Origin: a virus
Taxonomy: Duplodnaviria > Caudoviricetes
Length of the DNA stretch: 47,045 nucleotides
IMG/VR virus record: IMGVR_UViG_3300016665_000672
Location: 1-47,045 of that record
Reading direction: 5' to 3' (one strand)
This document shows positions 43,565-47,045 of the stretch, in pieces. Under the pieces are notes generated by a model, which worked only from the letters and a program-made list of their open reading frames with translations, made no database searches and was not told the DNA's origin. Position 1 is the stretch's first letter; every line of letters starts with the position of its first letter. The translations under genes were made by a program, and so were the position numbers.

Positions 43565-44877
43565 GCGTTCTCGTCCTGTGGCGGCGCCTCGTTTGGCGCT
43601 GGCGATGCAGGCTGCAGCGGGGCCAGCCCGCGGCGCGCGCGCACCTCGTTGACGGTCTCGATCCCGGCGCCGACGAGCGTGGCATCGGCCTGCGCCGCGG
43701 TTTGCTGAGCCGCTGCGAGTGCCTGCTCGTCGTCGATCGGCTGCGTGTCGTAGTGAGGACGCGGAGCGAGCGACCGGTCGCCGTAGTTGATCTCGGCGTA
43801 GAACTTCAGCCCCTGCTCACGGATGCAGCTCGGGAGCACCTTGCCGTCGACGCGCGTGCGACCGTGCGCGACGCGACCGTGCAGCGAGGCAGCGCCCATC
43901 GTGCCCGTGCCGGCCTGCGTGCTCAGGTTCTGCCCGAGGATCGAGACCGCGGTGCCGTTGTCCGCGAGCTCGATCTGCTGCCGAAAAGAGTCGTAGTTCC
44001 GCGCCACCGACTCGACGAGCTTGAGGGTCATGCCAGGGTTCAGCGCGACGGCGCTGTTGCGACCGAGCGCCTGCAGGTCCGCGGCAAGCTCGCGGCGCTG
44101 CGCCTCGGTGCCCGTCGAGACTCCCATCTTGGTCGGGTCGGTCTCGGCGACCCAGACGCCCTGACCAAGGCGCTCCGAGAGGAACCCCCAGTCCTGGATC
44201 GCGTACTGCTTCAACAACGTCCAGCGAGCCAGCGCGCGATACGCACCGTGCACCCACGGACGCGACACGCCGCTCGGGGTGAACACAATCCACTGCCCAT
44301 CACCCGGCGTGATCGGCTGCTTGGAGCTCGGGAGCGCGGCGCTCGAGGCCTCATCGTCGACGCCCTCGACCATCCACGACCGCGCCTGCGGATCCCAGGA
44401 CAGCCAGCGGGGCGACCAAACCTCGAGGCGAGGCACCAAGCGCTTGCCGTCGTCGCTCTCCTCGTACACGAGCTGCGCGAGCGCGACGCCGAGCATGATG
44501 CCCCAGGCGAGGAGCTTCTTCAGCTCGGGCTCGGGGAACGCCAGCTCCCAGTCCTCGGCAAGCTCGGCGGCGACCTTCGGACCGACGCGCCCGTCGCCCT
44601 GCGGCTTGAGCTCGAAGGGCAGACCGAGCAGCGCATCGGTGCGCGTGTCGAGGACCGCCTGCACGCGGTCGTCGCCCATCATCCACTCGCAGAGGTCGGC
44701 AGCGAGGCGGAGGTTGCCGCTCATCGCCGCGACCTCGGCCGCCCGGATGAGGGCAGGGGTCCACGTGTAGTAGTAGCGAACCGACGGCTCCCAGAGCCGC
44801 ACGGGCGCGGTCGGCTGCGCAGGCAACGCGGGAAGGCTCGCGGCCTCGAGGGTGCGAGTTGCGAGCGTCGGGCGCAT
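43561..44877 (-). CDS. Portal protein (Mu gp29 / DUF935-like)
   Basis: DDRVQAVLDTR, DWGFLSERLG, SILGQNLST, HGRV; follows terL. Confidence 0.88.
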   Translation of the reverse strand: MRPTLATRTLEAASLPALPAQPTAPVRLWEPSVRYYYTWTPALIRAAEVAAMSGNLRLAADLCEWMMGDDRVQAVLDTRTDALLGLPFELKPQGDGRVGPKVAAELAEDWELAFPEPELKKLLAWGIMLGVALAQLVYEESDDGKRLVPRLEVWSPRWLSWDPQARSWMVEGVDDEASSAALPSSKQPITPGDGQWIVFTPSGVSRPWVHGAYRALARWTLLKQYAIQDWGFLSERLGQGVWVAETDPTKMGVSTGTEAQRRELAADLQALGRNSAVALNPGMTLKLVESVARNYDSFRQQIELADNGTAVSILGQNLSTQAGTGTMGAASLHGRVAHGRTRVDGKVLPSCIREQGLKFYAEINYGDRSLAPRPHYDTQPIDDEQALAAAQQTAAQADATLVGAGIETVNEVRARRGLAPLQPASPAPNEAPPQDENA

Positions 44878-44885
44878 GGTGTGCC

Positions 44886-46364
44886 TCAGCGTGACGACAG
44901 GTTGAAGATCATCGGGCGCATTCGGGCCGCGCCCTCGACAAGCGCCGTGTCGGGCGCCGCCTCGAAGCACGCAAGCGCGAGCGCGTCGGCGTCGTCTGGC
45001 GAGCGCCCGAGGCGCGCCACGACATCGCGCTTGCTCTCAAGACGAACGCGAAGGCGCTCGTCGAAGTTGGATTGCACGGCGGTGAGCTGGGCCTGCAGGT
45101 CGCCCGCGGCCGGGATTGCCCCGCTCGCAAGCCACCCCTTCATGACGCCCCAGACGTGGGACCGCATGTCACGGAACCCGGGATCGAGGCTGCCGCTCTG
45201 CGAGGTGATCTCGACCAAGCCGATGCTGATGCCGTTGCGCGGCTCGCACCGCTTGAGGAAGTCGACGACGCCGTTGTTGTTGGTCTGGTCGACCTTCACG
45301 CGGACGTACTCACCAGGGCGCGCGCGACGCTCGATCTCGGTGAGGATGATGCCCGCGACCTCGCCATTGTCGTGCTGCGCGAGCGTGCGAATTCGATCGA
45401 CCCATCCACCGCGCCGAAAGCAGATCGACGTGTGGTCCTTGCCCATGCGGGCCGGGTCGACGCCGATCGAGAGCGGCTGCGCGAGGTCGCTGGCGCTTGG
45501 GGTCTCGGTCCAGCGCTTTTGGGCTTCGAGCACGAGCTCGAGGCCGATGAACGCACGCTCGGACTGCTGCGCAAAGTTGCCCTCGATCTTGACCTGGAAC
45601 TCCCACGAGGCGCGTCCCCAGTCCTGCGCGCGCTGCTCGATGTACGCCGGGCGCGCGAGCCCTGGGATCTCGTCCTCCCCCGTCACGTTCGGCGACTGCG
45701 ACGACGGGATGTGCAGGCCCTTCCAGAACGCCGCGCTCTTGTGGAACGCGTCGAAGAAGTAGCCGTCGTTTCGCGTCGGGTTGCCGGCGAGGATCATCTT
45801 GCCGCCGCCGGCCCGGTTGCCGTCGAGCGCCGAGAGGATCTTCGCCTCGATGCCCGGCGCCTCGTCGGCGATGACCATGAGGCTCGGCGACGAGTGCCCG
45901 AGGTACTTCTCGGTCTTCTTCGCGTCACTCGCCGCGAATCCGAAGATCACTCGACCGTCTGCCCAGCGGACGCCGTCCTCGCAGGAGGCCATCGCTTGGC
46001 CCCCGAGCTCGACGACCGCTCCGCCGTCCTGCTCGCGCTGCTCCTGGCTCTTCCCCCCGGCGTGAAGCCGCACGATCTCGGCGTAGAGCTGGTCCTGAGC
46101 CTGCAGCCCCGAGGGGGCGCAGAAGATGACCTTCGCCCGCGGCCTCGTGACCGCCCACCAGAGCGCCACGATGGCTAGCGCGGTGGTCTTGCTCACCTTT
46201 TGCCCCGCCCGAATGGCGACCGAGTCGTTGTCGCGGATCGCTCGGAGCAGGTCGCCAAGGCGCGACCAGACGCGGACCTGCAAGATCTCGCGCGCAAACG
46301 CGATCGGGTCGTTCCGGTATCGGCGAGCGAGCCGGACCCCGAGCTCCTCGATGGTGGCGGTCAC
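44886..46364 (-). CDS. terL: Terminase large subunit
   Basis: Walker A AGQKVSKT, Walker B VIADEA, GNPTR, nuclease GVDPAR.G.D and SPDDADALAL. Confidence 0.93.
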   Translation of the reverse strand: MTATIEELGVRLARRYRNDPIAFAREILQVRVWSRLGDLLRAIRDNDSVAIRAGQKVSKTTALAIVALWWAVTRPRAKVIFCAPSGLQAQDQLYAEIVRLHAGGKSQEQREQDGGAVVELGGQAMASCEDGVRWADGRVIFGFAASDAKKTEKYLGHSSPSLMVIADEAPGIEAKILSALDGNRAGGGKMILAGNPTRNDGYFFDAFHKSAAFWKGLHIPSSQSPNVTGEDEIPGLARPAYIEQRAQDWGRASWEFQVKIEGNFAQQSERAFIGLELVLEAQKRWTETPSASDLAQPLSIGVDPARMGKDHTSICFRRGGWVDRIRTLAQHDNGEVAGIILTEIERRARPGEYVRVKVDQTNNNGVVDFLKRCEPRNGISIGLVEITSQSGSLDPGFRDMRSHVWGVMKGWLASGAIPAAGDLQAQLTAVQSNFDERLRVRLESKRDVVARLGRSPDDADALALACFEAAPDTALVEGAARMRPMIFNLSSR

Positions 46365-46942
46365 GGTGCGTCGAGGAGGGTGAGGATCCGCAGGAGGACG
46401 GTCCGAAACCCGTCGTGCGCCTTCCGGGTGTCGGCCGGGACACGTTCGAGAGCGCCGGCGAGCTCGTGGAGGTCGGCCATCTGCCGGGGGACAGCGTCAG
46501 CAAGCCAGTCGGCGGGCGCCTTCGACCACCGCGCCGCCTCAGCGTGGGTTCCGGCGAGCAGGAGGTCCGCCAGGCCATCGAACTGGCGCTCCCCTTTGCC
46601 GTCGCGCTGGCGCATCTTGGCCGAGCGCTCAAGCAGCTGGGAGTACGTGCGGAGGATGTTGGTCCGGACCGTCGGCGACAGGCCCGGCTGGCCGATGACC
46701 TGGTCGAGCGTCGCGAGCTGGGCCTCGAGACGGTCCGCCGGCGCCATCGCGGCCAGCGCCTGAGGCGTCGCCGAGGGGGCGATGACCTCGCCGACGGTCG
46801 CGTTGCGGACGTTGCTGACGGTCGCCTGCGAGACCTTCGCCCGCTTGGCCACCTCGGCCCCGGAGAGCCCCTTCGCGAGCAGGTCGAGGATCTGCCGCTT
46901 CTTCGCTTCGGGCAGGGGCTTCGCCAATTCGCCACCCTTCAC
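46361..46942 (-). CDS. Putative terminase small subunit (N-terminal HTH)
   Basis: ILDLLAKGLSGAEVAKRAKVSQATVS; GTGA-coupled to terL. Confidence 0.65.
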   Translation of the reverse strand: MKGGELAKPLPEAKKRQILDLLAKGLSGAEVAKRAKVSQATVSNVRNATVGEVIAPSATPQALAAMAPADRLEAQLATLDQVIGQPGLSPTVRTNILRTYSQLLERSAKMRQRDGKGERQFDGLADLLLAGTHAEAARWSKAPADWLADAVPRQMADLHELAGALERVPADTRKAHDGFRTVLLRILTLLDAP

Positions 46943-47045
46943 TGAATCTGAGGCCCGTCCGCGTCGATCCGCGGGGATTCCAGGCCTCTTCTCAGCGTGT
47001 CGCCTTCATGAAAAGGCGCGATTTCCGAGGATTCTGACGGAAGGG

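Larger units (their letters stand above)
1..47045. mobile_element. Temperate contractile-tailed phage genome, apparently complete and in excised/circular or virion form
   Basis: Packaging, head, contractile tail, lysis, lysogeny switch, replication, recombination and integrase modules are all present. No host housekeeping genes. attP is internal, with phage genes on both sides. Confidence 0.93.

Overview
The window reads as an essentially complete genome of a temperate, contractile-tailed phage (myovirus) of a very GC-rich host (roughly 70% GC by eye). It appears to be in its excised or free form: an intact attP (the 3' half of a tRNA-Lys(UUU), flanked by paired arm-type repeats) lies in the middle, with phage genes on both sides. 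Layout is lambda-like. A divergent cro/cI-type switch with recognisable operators and promoters sits at ~9.5-10.4 kb. A leftward replication operon (~1.2-9.8 kb) carries an HNH nuclease, a lysozyme-like protein, a DNA methyltransferase, an initiator with internal iterons, DnaB and RuvC. A rightward operon (~10.6-18.3 kb) carries many small ORFs, a YqaJ exonuclease, a RecT-like annealase, an HD hydrolase, xis and int. One long minus-strand late operon (46.9 to 18.4 kb) runs terminase, Mu-gp29-like portal, protease-scaffold, major capsid, GIY-YIG, neck, sheath, tube, frameshifted chaperones, tape measure, baseplate, fibres, an accessory fibre cassette and lysis genes. The most notable observations: (1) the same ~90-105 aa beta-rich module is inserted in three different virion proteins (major capsid, putative decoration protein, tail sheath); (2) a T-loop-containing structured RNA candidate lies in the early operon; (3) the integrase has Asn where the first catalytic Arg is expected; (4) the scaffold has a 4x CxxxC segment; (5) a 12x21-aa repeat protein sits in a second fibre cassette; (6) there is a compact VgrG-like hub-spike fusion. 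All functional calls come from motifs and gene order read by eye; no database search was run. A Myxococcota-like host is only a guess.
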